A stretch of 64,000 bases of DNA from a virus: the IMG/VR virus record IMGVR_UViG_3300027791_002264, positions 6,420 to 70,419 of that record; one strand, written 5' to 3'. The notes below the pieces were generated by a model, which was given only the letters and a program-made list of their open reading frames with translations, was not told the origin of the DNA and searched no databases. Positions within the stretch are counted from its first letter, which is position 1. Each line of letters begins with the position of its first letter. Made by a program: the position numbers and the translations under genes. Positions 1 to 9,557 of this stretch are shown in pieces.

Positions 1-2764
1 ACAAGAGCAAATTCTAAAAGAATTAAAAATACAAACCAAGTTAATGGAACAGCAAAAAGGCGGTGGTCTTGCTGGATTAATGGGTGGTGGTAAAGGTAAA
101 GGAACTGGCGGAATGGCTGCTGGTGGTAATGCATTTAAAATGTTAGGTGCTGGTACTGCAGCTATGGCTAAAGGTTTATTAATATTTACGTTAGTCCCTA
201 CAAAGACTATTAATAAATTTAATGACTTTGTAAGAACCCAAATAGAAATGTGGTCTAAGTCTGATCCAAAGAAAATGGATAAAGGTGCAAAGGCAATGAT
301 GGCTATGGGTAATTCTATACTTAACTTTTCTAAAGCATTAGCACTATCAGCTCTTTTATTAATACCTGCAGCAATAGGTCTTCCGTTATTATACATAGCA
401 GTTGCTCTAATAACACCTTTATTTTTAATATTAGGAATGGCAGAAAAGCCAATAGCGAAAGGTGCGAAGTCATTAGATAATATAGGTGATGCTTTAAAAT
501 CATTTGCAGTAGGCTTAGCTGTGTTTGCATTAACTACATTCTTTATTTTAATGCAGCCTGCTATATTATTAGGAATGGTTGCCACGTTAGTTTTAATAGG
601 TGGTGCTGTTGCTATATTAGGATTATTTGATAAACAGATAAAAAAGGGTTCCATGGCTTTGGCATTCATGGGAGTAGGTTTATTAGTGTTTGGTTTAGGG
701 TATGCTCTATTTGCATTTGCCGTTGCTAGCACTGCACCAACACTTGAAGGTATAGCTATACAAGCAGGGGTATTAGTAGGTATTGGTGTTGTAACTGCTT
801 TACTAGGTTCTCTATTCGGTTTAATTATTCAAGGGGCGGCTTCATTAGCTTCTATGGGTATAGGTTTATTAGTATTTGGTTTAGGTTATATACCATTTGC
901 ACATGCAACTAAAGATGTTACATTAGAAGATATTGGGATACAATCTGCATTATTAACAGCAATGGGATTATTGTTTGCTGCTGCCGGTTTTGGCGCAGTA
1001 GCTATTATACCAGGTGCCGCTGCATTTGCCGCTATAGGTGTTGCATTATTGGCGCTTGCCCCAGGATTGGTAGCAATTAAAAAGGTTGACTTTACTGAAG
1101 ATGATGCTCTTAAATTAACAACAACATTAGCTGGTGTAAAAGCAGCATTTATAGGACCGCCTAGTGGGGGTGGTGTTGGTGGATTCTTTAGTTCTATTGG
1201 TGGAGCTTTAACTGGAGCAGTTGATTCTGTTAAAATGATAGCAGCTGCTGCAGGATTTGGTGCAGCAGGATTATCATTAATAGTATTATCAAAAGGTTTA
1301 AAAGCATACCAAAAATTAAGTTGGACTTCTGATCAAAGTTTACAATTAGCAACAGTATTATCAGGAATCAGTACAGCATTTGCTCAAGCAGGTGGTGAAG
1401 CTGCAACACCAACAGGTATATTTGGAAAAGTATTTGGAAACGCATTTAGTCCTAATGCCACTAAGAAAGGTATTAGTTCTGTAATGGATGCAGGTAAAGC
1501 CTTAACTAATATAGCAGGAGGTTTAACTGAATTTCAAAAATTAGTAGATAGTAAAGTAGACTTTGTCGTATTAGGAGATGCTATAGCTAAAACAGTTGGA
1601 TTTATACAAAGAGCATTTGCTGCGGTTGCTGAAGAGGGTAATGTTGAGGCAGGTGGATTCTTTGGATCTTTATTTGGAATTAAAAAGAATAAGGTAGCTG
1701 AAGGTTTAGAATCAGTACAAGGGTCAGGTAAAGCTTTAAAAGATATTGCAATTGGTTTAACTGAATTTCAAAAATTAGTTGACTCTAAGGTAGATTTTGA
1801 TGTAGTTGGTGCTGCTATATCTAAATCAATTGGTTTTGTGCAAGAAGCATTCTCTGCTGTTGCATCTGAAGGTAATGTAGCAGCTGGTGGTTTCTTTGGA
1901 TCCTTATTTGGAATTAAAAAGAATAAAGTACAAGAAGGTATACAATCAGTACAAGGTGCTGGTGATGAATTAAGTAAAATAGCTACAGCACTATCTACAT
2001 TTTCAGGTATTGAAAATCCTACAGCAATTGCTGAAAAAATTAAAGTGACATTAGGATTAGTAGGACAAGCATTTGCTTCTATTGGTGGTATGGAAGAAAC
2101 TGATACTGGATTGTTTGGAATATCATGGGATGAAAATAAAGTACAAAAAGGTATTGAAGCTGTTGACGGTGCAGGTGCAGCATTAACTGATATTGCAAAA
2201 GGTCTTAAGGCTTTTAGTGGTGATTTTGAACCAGAAGCTGTTTCTACATCAGTAGGTAAATTATTAACTTCTATAGGAACTGCCTTTAGTGATCTTTATA
2301 CAGCTAATCCTGAAATGTCTGAAGAGTTAGATGATTTTAAATCATTTATTGTAACCTTAGGAGATGTTGCAGAAAAAGGTCAATTAGAAAAGGCGGCTGA
2401 TGGAATTTCAAAAATTGCAGATTCTATTAATAAAATTGATATCGATAAAACAGTAGCCTTTGGTGATCTATTTAAATCTGGTTCTGAGTTACCTAGAAGA
2501 AGAGATGGATATGTAGCTTTAGCAAAAGCAGTTGAAGAAATTAGAGATATAATGTCTGAAAGCTCTGGTGGTGGAGGTGGTATTGGAGGATTAATAGGTC
2601 GAGGTGTAGATGCATTAACAGGTAATACCCCAAAACCTAGATCTAATGATTCAATGAAATCCGACTTTAGAAAATTAAATACTACATTAATAGCATTGAA
2701 TTCTACAATGAAACAATTACCGGTAAGTATAACTACTGGTATTTCCAACTTAAGTGATGACTAA
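1..2764 (+). CDS. Tape-measure-like protein (5'-truncated by window edge)
   Basis: Frame is open from base 2, so the true start is probably upstream. Ala/Gly-rich helical sequence with long hydrophobic stretches and an internal 78-aa repeat. Confidence 0.7.
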   Translation, partial: QEQILKELKIQTKLMEQQKGGGLAGLMGGGKGKGTGGMAAGGNAFKMLGAGTAAMAKGLLIFTLVPTKTINKFNDFVRTQIEMWSKSDPKKMDKGAKAMMAMGNSILNFSKALALSALLLIPAAIGLPLLYIAVALITPLFLILGMAEKPIAKGAKSLDNIGDALKSFAVGLAVFALTTFFILMQPAILLGMVATLVLIGGAVAILGLFDKQIKKGSMALAFMGVGLLVFGLGYALFAFAVASTAPTLEGIAIQAGVLVGIGVVTALLGSLFGLIIQGAASLASMGIGLLVFGLGYIPFAHATKDVTLEDIGIQSALLTAMGLLFAAAGFGAVAIIPGAAAFAAIGVALLALAPGLVAIKKVDFTEDDALKLTTTLAGVKAAFIGPPSGGGVGGFFSSIGGALTGAVDSVKMIAAAAGFGAAGLSLIVLSKGLKAYQKLSWTSDQSLQLATVLSGISTAFAQAGGEAATPTGIFGKVFGNAFSPNATKKGISSVMDAGKALTNIAGGLTEFQKLVDSKVDFVVLGDAIAKTVGFIQRAFAAVAEEGNVEAGGFFGSLFGIKKNKVAEGLESVQGSGKALKDIAIGLTEFQKLVDSKVDFDVVGAAISKSIGFVQEAFSAVASEGNVAAGGFFGSLFGIKKNKVQEGIQSVQGAGDELSKIATALSTFSGIENPTAIAEKIKVTLGLVGQAFASIGGMEETDTGLFGISWDENKVQKGIEAVDGAGAALTDIAKGLKAFSGDFEPEAVSTSVGKLLTSIGTAFSDLYTANPEMSEELDDFKSFIVTLGDVAEKGQLEKAADGISKIADSINKIDIDKTVAFGDLFKSGSELPRRRDGYVALAKAVEEIRDIMSESSGGGGGIGGLIGRGVDALTGNTPKPRSNDSMKSDFRKLNTTLIALNSTMKQLPVSITTGISNLSDD
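1520..1987 (+). repeat. 234-bp (78-aa) tandem duplication inside tape-measure-like gene
   Basis: GGTTTAACTGAATTTCAAAAATTAGT at 1520 and 1754; protein GLTEFQKLVDSKVDF...GGFFGSLFGIKKNKV occurs twice. Confidence 0.9.
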
Positions 2765-2787
2765 TATTAATTAATAAACAAATAAAT

Positions 2788-3240
2788 ATGAATACCAAAT
2801 ACACTGCTACTTTTAAAATGGATAAAGGAGATATTACTTTTCGTCTTTATGATGAAACTCCAATAAACACTGGAAATTTTATTATTAAAGCAGAAGCCGG
2901 TAATTATGATGGCCAAAGTTTTGATAGGGTTATACCAGGCTTCATGGTGCAGTTAGGACCAAAGGAACAAGAAGGTGGTCATCCATACTTATATGATGAA
3001 TTAGAAACACCTCGAAGAAAAAAGAATAATAATTTTCATGCTTATGGCGTTTTAAGTGCTGCTAATACTGGATCACCACATACTTCAATGGGTGCATTCT
3101 TTATTTGTTTAAGTAGAAGAGGAACTCAACATTTAGATCCAGGTCATACAACATTTGGTCATGTTATTGATGGAATGGAATTAATTGAGCAGATTGCAGA
3201 AGGCGATACTGTTAATAATATAATTATTTCACTTACTTAA
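2788..3240 (+). CDS. Cyclophilin-type peptidyl-prolyl isomerase
   Basis: YDGQSFDRVIPGFMVQ, FFICL, HLDPGHTTFGHVIDGM cyclophilin motifs. Confidence 0.92.
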   Translation: MNTKYTATFKMDKGDITFRLYDETPINTGNFIIKAEAGNYDGQSFDRVIPGFMVQLGPKEQEGGHPYLYDELETPRRKKNNNFHAYGVLSAANTGSPHTSMGAFFICLSRRGTQHLDPGHTTFGHVIDGMELIEQIAEGDTVNNIIISLT

Positions 3241-3250
3241 CAATTTCTTA

Positions 3251-3277
3251 AAACTAACTTTAACTTTAGCTATATAA
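3251..3277 (+). promoter_or_regulatory. Class B promoter motif AAAC-N15/16-YATATAA (representative copy; 10 seen)
   Basis: Copies starting at 3251, 5874, 9133, 10239, 15658, 21187, 27587, 30762, 33076, 54585, each just upstream of a gene start. Confidence 0.7.
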
Positions 3278-3309
3278 ATTATATAACAGTTAAGGTAAAA
3301 AAGTATAGT

Positions 3310-4113
3310 ATGAAGAAAAATATAGTTTGGTTTGATTTAGAAACCACAGGAATAAGTACATCATCAGATCGTATCATAGAGATATGCATGATTAAAACCG
3401 ACTTTGACGGTAATGAGATTGAGACTTATAATCAATTAGTAAACCCAGGTAATGTAGAGATGAGAGCCGAAGCTGAAGAAAAGCATGGCATTTCTCTAGA
3501 GATGTTAAAGGATAAACCTACCTTTGAAATGATAGCATCTGAAATAAACGATTTTATTGGTGATTGCGACTTAGGAGGGTATAATGCCTTATTCTTTGAT
3601 GTACCATTTTTATGTGAGGAATTCATGAGATGTGGTATAGCATTTAACCATAGAGGTCGAGCAGTAATGGATCCTTTCCTTATTTATAGTAATTATGAAA
3701 AGAGAGATTTAACTAGTACTTATAAAAAATATACTGGTAAAGATTTAGAAGGTGCACATAGAGCTGAGGCTGATGTTAGAGCTACAATGGAAATATTTCA
3801 AAAACAAAGAGAAGTATACCAAATGGCTGATACTGCAGAAGAAATAGATAAGGAGGTAAATACTCGTAGAGCTGATCAAGTTGATTTAGGTGGTAAATTA
3901 AAATTTGCTGATGTAGATGGTAAAAGAACTATTATATTTAATTTTGGCAAGCATAAAGGAAAACCTTTTAGAGAAATATTTGAAAATGATTTTAACTATC
4001 TTTCATGGATAATTGAAAAAGGTGAATTTTCTAAAGAGCTTAAGATTATATTAACTAAATTAATTGCTAAGTTTAAAGCTGAAGAAAATAAAAATATAGA
4101 AATGCCATATTAA
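3310..4113 (+). CDS. DEDDh 3'-5' exonuclease (DNA Pol III epsilon-like)
   Basis: FDLETTG, YNALFFD, HRAEAD motifs; C-terminal FNFGKHKG domain. Confidence 0.92.
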   Translation: MKKNIVWFDLETTGISTSSDRIIEICMIKTDFDGNEIETYNQLVNPGNVEMRAEAEEKHGISLEMLKDKPTFEMIASEINDFIGDCDLGGYNALFFDVPFLCEEFMRCGIAFNHRGRAVMDPFLIYSNYEKRDLTSTYKKYTGKDLEGAHRAEADVRATMEIFQKQREVYQMADTAEEIDKEVNTRRADQVDLGGKLKFADVDGKRTIIFNFGKHKGKPFREIFENDFNYLSWIIEKGEFSKELKIILTKLIAKFKAEENKNIEMPY

Positions 4114-4116
4114 TCT

Positions 4117-4146
4117 TTCAGAAATAGAAAAGATTTGTTATTATTA
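4117..4146 (+). promoter_or_regulatory. Class A promoter motif TTCAG-N17-TATAWTTA (representative copy; 11 seen)
   Basis: Exact 17-nt spacer at 4117, 13192, 39680, 46523, 56651 and in the six cassettes upstream of 48335, 60413, 60695, 61251, 61695, 62684; the upstream box is degenerate in some copies. Confidence 0.7.
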
Positions 4147-4170
4147 TAATATACTAAACACAAAGATAAG

Positions 4171-4500
4171 ATGAATAGATTAGAAAATGCCAGCCTAGCA
4201 ACGGATTTAGGATTTCATAACCATGCATTTGAAGCAGCAATAGAAGATATAGAAAAAGTATGTGGCGCAGTAATGTACACTGATTCTGATATTACTGAAA
4301 GGACTCAAAATGAATGGGAGATGCAAACTGAAGATGGTACTCCTTTTACTATTTATGATTTTAAAGAATATCGTGAATATGATAAAGTTGAAAAGGTTAC
4401 ATGGCATATAGGCTCAGGTAATAGATTTGGATCAAAGAAAGGATATGATGAATTAAAAAGAGCATTCCATTTGCATCCAAAGATTGAGTATAATATATAA
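4171..4500 (+). CDS. Hypothetical phage protein
   Basis: 109-aa ORF after a class A promoter; FTIYDFK...WHIG motif. Confidence 0.7.
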   Translation: MNRLENASLATDLGFHNHAFEAAIEDIEKVCGAVMYTDSDITERTQNEWEMQTEDGTPFTIYDFKEYREYDKVEKVTWHIGSGNRFGSKKGYDELKRAFHLHPKIEYNI

Positions 4501-4528
4501 AGATTATAATTACGTTCTTTGATTTATT

Positions 4529-4872
4529 GGGGGTGACCGGTTTTTGACAATTAGATTGAGATAAAAACTACAGTACTGGGTGATGACCTCCATCAATCTT
4601 AGCCGACAACGCTGAGTTAGCAATGGCTGCCTAAGTAGGTAAGTAGTGCTCATCATATTATTAGTATGCTTGTAAATAATCGAGATGTAAAAGGAAGCAA
4701 GATGTGGTTTAGCAATGTACCCGTTAAACATTGCAACCAATAGAGCCTTTATGATTTTGTGGCCATGGAACATCAAAATCTGATTTTGGAAGTTTAAAGA
4801 AACTTATCCTAAGCTGTAAGAAATGTTTTTAAGGATACTTATTGGACGTGGGTTCGAATCCCACCACCTCCA
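4529..4872 (+). ncRNA. ssrA: tmRNA
   Basis: 5' GGGGGTG pairs with 3' CACCTCC-A including G3:U70; T-arm GTGGG-TTCGAAT-CCCAC; internal tag ORF 4602-4634 ADNAELAMAA-stop. Confidence 0.95.
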
Positions 4873-4876
4873 CAAT

Positions 4877-4949
4877 GCGAAAGTAGCTCAGTCGGTAGAG
4901 CATCAGTTTACCAAGCTGAGGGTCGCGGGTTCGAATCCCGTCTTTCGCT
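4877..4949 (+). tRNA. tRNA-Gly, anticodon ACC
   Basis: Full cloverleaf GCGAAAG/CTTTCGC, U73; anticodon arm TCAGT-TT-ACC-AA-GCTGA; T-arm GCGGG-TTCGAAT-CCCGT. Confidence 0.9.
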
Positions 4950-4963
4950 CAATATTATTAAAA

Positions 4964-5037
4964 GGGGAATTAGCTCAGCTGGCTAGAGCGCCTGCCTTGC
5001 ACGCAGGAGGTCATCGGTTCGACTCCGATATTCTCCA
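4964..5037 (+). tRNA. tRNA-Ala(UGC)
   Basis: GGGGAAT/ATTCTCC-A with G3:U70; CCTGC-CT-TGC-AC-GCAGG. Confidence 0.97.
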
Positions 5038-5064
5038 CAACAATTAAAATTAAATATATAGATT

Positions 5065-5235
5065 ATGAAGAAGTTTTTAAGTACATGGTATCCAATCATC
5101 ATAGCATTCACAGCAATGTTATATTCAATTGGATTAGGATTATTTGGATTAACAGAAGAAGCCCAATACTCAGCTCATTGGTCAGGAACAATTTTACTAT
5201 TTGCTATAGCAATCAGACAAAGACGAGGTAGATGA
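5065..5235 (+). CDS. Small membrane protein (56 aa, not in ORF track)
   Basis: MKKFLSTWYPIIIAFTAMLYSIGLGLFG...; two hydrophobic segments; ATGA overlap with next ORF. Confidence 0.65.
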   Translation: MKKFLSTWYPIIIAFTAMLYSIGLGLFGLTEEAQYSAHWSGTILLFAIAIRQRRGR

Positions 5236-5537
5236 ATATAGCAATGTTTATAGTAGGGGCATCAATATTTAGTGTTTATGTTGTTTTGCTAGTTTGGAAT
5301 ATTTTTTATAGTAACAAAAAACAAAGAGAAGAAAATTATCCAGGTTACTATGCTAGGCATGGACAACCAGAACAAGACAATTTAGAAGTACGTAAACAAC
5401 CGAAACAAGACAATTTAGAAGTACAATTAATGAATGCTAAAATTAATTCAACATCCCCATATAATGATGGATGGACGCAAGAAGGATATAAGGAGCAAGT
5501 AACTCATTTAGAGAAGAAAATAAAATCAGTTAAATAA
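5232..5537 (+). CDS. Membrane-anchored hypothetical protein with internal QPxQDNLEV repeat
   Basis: N-terminal TM; AACAAGACAATTTAGAAGTAC duplicated at 33-bp period. Confidence 0.7.
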   Translation: MNIAMFIVGASIFSVYVVLLVWNIFYSNKKQREENYPGYYARHGQPEQDNLEVRKQPKQDNLEVQLMNAKINSTSPYNDGWTQEGYKEQVTHLEKKIKSVK

Positions 5538-5540
5538 GTA

Positions 5541-5687
5541 ATGACAACAAATCAACAATCAAATAACGGAAACGAGCAATTAAATACTGCAAGGAATTCG
5601 TTTAATAGTAAAGTATCTAAGTATAGAATACTAGGCGGTACTAAAAAGGTACTATGGGATAATGCAAGAAGAAACAGATCAATATGA
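5541..5687 (+). CDS. Small hypothetical protein (48 aa, not in ORF track)
   Basis: MTTNQQSNNGNEQLN...; fills the gap; ATGA overlap with 5684. Confidence 0.55.
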   Translation: MTTNQQSNNGNEQLNTARNSFNSKVSKYRILGGTKKVLWDNARRNRSI

Positions 5688-5875
5688 AAAAAGATTATGA
5701 ATATGTAATCCAAGTAATAAGAAACGATAATAATAAACTAATACATTATCCTGCTGTTAGAAACTTAATAGACCTTTGGGTAACTAAGTGGAATGGATCT
5801 ACTGAATATAGTAAAAATATATTTGATGTTTATTTGCATTCTCTTAATATTAATCTCAAAAGATCATTCAGGTAA
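5684..5875 (+). CDS. Hypothetical protein
   Basis: 63-aa ORF, translationally coupled. Confidence 0.6.
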   Translation: MKKDYEYVIQVIRNDNNKLIHYPAVRNLIDLWVTKWNGSTEYSKNIFDVYLHSLNINLKRSFR

Positions 5876-5912
5876 ACAAAATTTAATTTTGACCATATAA
5901 AAATAAAAATAC

Positions 5913-7787
5913 ATGGCAGTAAGCATTGAAAAGAAATACCAAAAATTAACAGACACAGAACATGTATTGTTAAGACCTGGTATGTATGTTGGATCTATTA
6001 AGCCACATACCGAAGAAGTATTTTTACCTATGAAAGGTAAAGATCAATTTCAACTTACTGAAGTAACTTATAATCCTGGATTCCTAAAACTGTTTGATGA
6101 AATAGTTTCTAACTCTGTTGATGAACATAAAAGAAATACTAAGCTGAATAAAGTTAAGGTAGATATAGATATGTCTACTGGTTTAATTTCTATATGGGAT
6201 AATGGAGGTATACCTGTAAAGATTCATAAAGAGTATGATGAGTGGGTACCAGAAATGATATTTTCTAATTTAAAGGCAGGTAGTAATTTTGATGATACTG
6301 AAGATAGGGTTGTTGTTGGAACAAATGGTGTAGGTAGTACATTAACAAATATATTTAGTAAAGAATTTATAATTGAAACTTGTGATGGTCAAAAACACTT
6401 TGCACAAACCTTTAAAAATAATATGTCTGAAAGGACTAAGGCTAAAATCACCAAAAAGAAAACTGCATATACAAAAATAACATATCTTACTGATTTTAAA
6501 AGATTTGGTTTAAATGGTATTAATAAGAATCATTATTTAATGATAACTAAAAGACTTATTGATATTGCTGCATGTAACCCAACTCTTAAAATATTTTTAA
6601 ATGATAAACCGATTGCCTTTAAAACTTTTAAAGATTATGCAAATCGTTATGTAACTCCAATATTTTATGATCAATCAGAACATTGGAAAATTGGAATTGG
6701 TCATTCAAAAACTGGCTTTAAAGCAATATCATTTGTTAATTCTGTTGAAACTAAAGATGGCGGTACTCATGTTAATAATATAGACTGGCAAATTACATCT
6801 TATCTTAGAGACAAGATTAAAAGAAAATACCGTGTAGATGTAAAACCTTCTGAATTAAGACAACATTTATATTTGTTTATAAATTGTACTGTTATTAATC
6901 CATCATTCTCTTCTCAAACTAAAGAAAAATTAATAACTCCTCCAAAGGATTTTGGTACAAGTCATGTATTAAGTGAAAAAGTCTTAAGACAGGTTTTAAA
7001 TTCTGAAATTATAGAATCCGTTTTAGATTGGATTAATAGAAAACAAGAAGCTGATGAAAGAGCAAAGCTTAGAAAATTAAATAAAGGTTTAGATAAAACT
7101 AAAGTTCTTAAATTAATAGATGCAAAGAAAAGAGGTGATAGAGCAAAATGTACACTTGCAATATTTGAAGGTGATTCTGCATCATCAGCATTTAGAAGAT
7201 ACAGAGAACCACAATACCAAGGAGCATTTCCACTAAGAGGTAAGTTTATTAATGTTAGAGAATTACCAGCATCTAAGGTTGTACAGAATAAAGAGGTACA
7301 ATCAATGATGGCTGCTATGGGTTTAAAGATCGGTCATGAACCTAAAGATCTAAGGTATGGTAAAATACTTTTATATACGGATGCAGATGTAGACGGTAAC
7401 TCCATTGCGGCATTACTAATTAATTTCTTAGGTAAATATTGGCCAGAATTATTTAGTGAAGGTAGGATTCTTAAAGTAGAAACACCTCTTATGGTTGCAA
7501 AGAAAGGTAAAGAATCATTAAACTTTTATTCTGATGATGATTATAAGGTATGGGAATCTAAACAAAGAAATCTTAATAGCTGGTCAATAGAATACAAAAA
7601 AGGTTTAGCCGCACTAGAAGATGCAGAATATAAGGAGATCATTAGAAGCCCGAGAACATTCACGCTTACAAAGGACAACGGATTTAACAATACTTTAGAT
7701 ATATGGTTCTCGAAAGATTCTAATCCTCGTAAAGGCAAGATATTAGGCGAAGAAATAATAATTAAAAACAATAAATCATTATTTTAG
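5913..7787 (+). CDS. Type IIA DNA topoisomerase, ATPase/TOPRIM subunit (T4 gp39+60-like)
   Basis: EHVLLRPGMYVGS, EIVSNSVDE, GTNGVG, EGDSA, PLRGK, DADVDG, KKGLA. Confidence 0.96.
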   Translation: MAVSIEKKYQKLTDTEHVLLRPGMYVGSIKPHTEEVFLPMKGKDQFQLTEVTYNPGFLKLFDEIVSNSVDEHKRNTKLNKVKVDIDMSTGLISIWDNGGIPVKIHKEYDEWVPEMIFSNLKAGSNFDDTEDRVVVGTNGVGSTLTNIFSKEFIIETCDGQKHFAQTFKNNMSERTKAKITKKKTAYTKITYLTDFKRFGLNGINKNHYLMITKRLIDIAACNPTLKIFLNDKPIAFKTFKDYANRYVTPIFYDQSEHWKIGIGHSKTGFKAISFVNSVETKDGGTHVNNIDWQITSYLRDKIKRKYRVDVKPSELRQHLYLFINCTVINPSFSSQTKEKLITPPKDFGTSHVLSEKVLRQVLNSEIIESVLDWINRKQEADERAKLRKLNKGLDKTKVLKLIDAKKRGDRAKCTLAIFEGDSASSAFRRYREPQYQGAFPLRGKFINVRELPASKVVQNKEVQSMMAAMGLKIGHEPKDLRYGKILLYTDADVDGNSIAALLINFLGKYWPELFSEGRILKVETPLMVAKKGKESLNFYSDDDYKVWESKQRNLNSWSIEYKKGLAALEDAEYKEIIRSPRTFTLTKDNGFNNTLDIWFSKDSNPRKGKILGEEIIIKNNKSLF

Positions 7788-9134
7788 ATGAAGAGCAATA
7801 GAACAGTAACATCCTTTTTTGATAAAGAATACTTAGAGTATGCAAGATACGTTGTAGAGAACAGGGCTATACCAAGTTGTATAGACGGTCTTAAACCTAC
7901 ACAGAGAAAAGTTGTTTATATTGCAAATAAGATATGGAAAACTGGTAATGAAAAACCAATGAAGCTTTTTCAACTTGCAGGTAGGGTAGCAGCTGAGGCA
8001 TTTTATCATCATGGTAATACTTCACTAGAATCTTCAATGGTTGGAATGGCACAGAAGTTTAAAAATTCATTACCATTATTAGAAGGTGTAGGTCAGTTTG
8101 GTTCTTTAAGAAGCCCAGCAGCAGGTGCACCGCGTTATATAAGTGCAAAGTTACATCCTAATTTTAGATTATTATATCAAGATTTTGATTTATTAGAAAA
8201 CAAAATAGAAGAAGGAGAAAAAATTGAACCAGCATTCTTTTTACCAATTGTACCAACTGTTATATTAAATGGAACATCTGGTATTGCTGTTGGTTTTGCT
8301 ACTAATATTTTAAATAGAAACCCTAAAGATGTAGTAGATGCATGTATTGCCACTCTAAATAATAAAAGAATGAAAGTATTAGCACCTTGGATACATGAAT
8401 TTAAAGGTACTTTTACTAGAGATTTAGAAAATCCTAAAACTTGGAAAATAAAAGGAGAGTATAAAATTATTAATACAACAACAGTAAAGATAACTGCAAT
8501 ACCTCCAAATTATACTTATGAAAGATATGAAGAGATTTTAAATCTTTTAATGGAAAAGGGTGTAATCACAAGCTATGATGATAATTCTTCTGAAACGATT
8601 GAGTACATATTAAAATTCAGAAGGTCAATATTAAATGACTTAGTTTCAAAAGGTAAGTTAGATAATGCACTTAGGTTAAACACACAAGAAACTGAAAATT
8701 TAACAACGATAGATGAAAATGGTGAATTAAAGATTTTTAATAAAGCCGAAGATATTGTAAAACATTTTGTTGGTGTAAGGTTATCATGGTATCAAACACG
8801 AAAAGATTATTTAATTGATAAAACAGAAAAGCAATTATCATTAGTAACAAATAAAGCAAGGTTCATTAAAGATATTATTGACAATAAATTAAAAATTAAT
8901 AATGTACTTAAAGAAAAGATTGTAACTTATTTAAAAACTAATGCATATGATACTGTTCATGGTTCATATGATTATCTTTTATCAATGGCTATTCATTCTT
9001 TAACAAAGGAAAGATATGAAAAATTGTTATTAGAAAAAGAAGAGTGTATTATTGCACTCAAGATGTTAAAGGCAACTGATCCTAAGACAATGTACTTAGA
9101 AGATCTTAAAAAATTAAAGTTATCAATTAAGTAA
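7788..9134 (+). CDS. Type IIA DNA topoisomerase, breakage-reunion subunit (gp52-like)
   Basis: RAIPSCIDGLKPTQRK, YHHG, GQFGS, APRY catalytic Tyr, NGTSGIAVGFAT. Confidence 0.96.
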   Translation: MKSNRTVTSFFDKEYLEYARYVVENRAIPSCIDGLKPTQRKVVYIANKIWKTGNEKPMKLFQLAGRVAAEAFYHHGNTSLESSMVGMAQKFKNSLPLLEGVGQFGSLRSPAAGAPRYISAKLHPNFRLLYQDFDLLENKIEEGEKIEPAFFLPIVPTVILNGTSGIAVGFATNILNRNPKDVVDACIATLNNKRMKVLAPWIHEFKGTFTRDLENPKTWKIKGEYKIINTTTVKITAIPPNYTYERYEEILNLLMEKGVITSYDDNSSETIEYILKFRRSILNDLVSKGKLDNALRLNTQETENLTTIDENGELKIFNKAEDIVKHFVGVRLSWYQTRKDYLIDKTEKQLSLVTNKARFIKDIIDNKLKINNVLKEKIVTYLKTNAYDTVHGSYDYLLSMAIHSLTKERYEKLLLEKEECIIALKMLKATDPKTMYLEDLKKLKLSIK

Positions 9135-9174
9135 ACTTTTTTTAAAAACAACATATAAATATAAATCAATAACT

Positions 9175-9321
9175 ATGGAGACTTACCAATTTTTAGTAAA
9201 TGACGATAAAAGAATAGCATGCTCAGCAAATAGCGAAACAGATGCATGGTCATGGCTAGCAAAGACCAAGAACCTCACAGTAGATCAAGTAAAAAAACTT
9301 TATAAAATTAAATTAAAATAA
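9175..9321 (+). CDS. Small hypothetical protein (48 aa, not in ORF track)
   Basis: METYQFLVNDDKRIAC...; directly after a class B promoter. Confidence 0.6.
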   Translation: METYQFLVNDDKRIACSANSETDAWSWLAKTKNLTVDQVKKLYKIKLK

Positions 9322-9328
9322 AATAAAA

Positions 9329-9556
9329 ATGATACAAGAACAATCATCAACAGTTGATTCATCAATGATTAACAAATACGTTTATAACTTTGCCACTAAA
9401 TCTCTTAAGGTTGAATTTACAGGTGGAGCATTATATGAATATTCTAATGTAGAACCTGAGTTATATGATAACTTATGTAAAGCAGAATCTATTGGTAAAT
9501 TCTTTAACGAACAAATTAAAAATAATTTTGAACATACACAATTAATAACAGACTAA
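9329..9556 (+). CDS. KTSC-domain protein
   Basis: VDSSMI..Y...L.VEF..G..YEY..V....Y..L..AES.GKFFN. Confidence 0.9.
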   Translation: MIQEQSSTVDSSMINKYVYNFATKSLKVEFTGGALYEYSNVEPELYDNLCKAESIGKFFNEQIKNNFEHTQLITD

Positions 9557-9557
9557 T

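Noticed and set aside
4510-5047. ORFs 4510-4776 (-) and 4823-5047 (+)
   Set aside because: They overlap tmRNA and tRNA genes; spurious translations.
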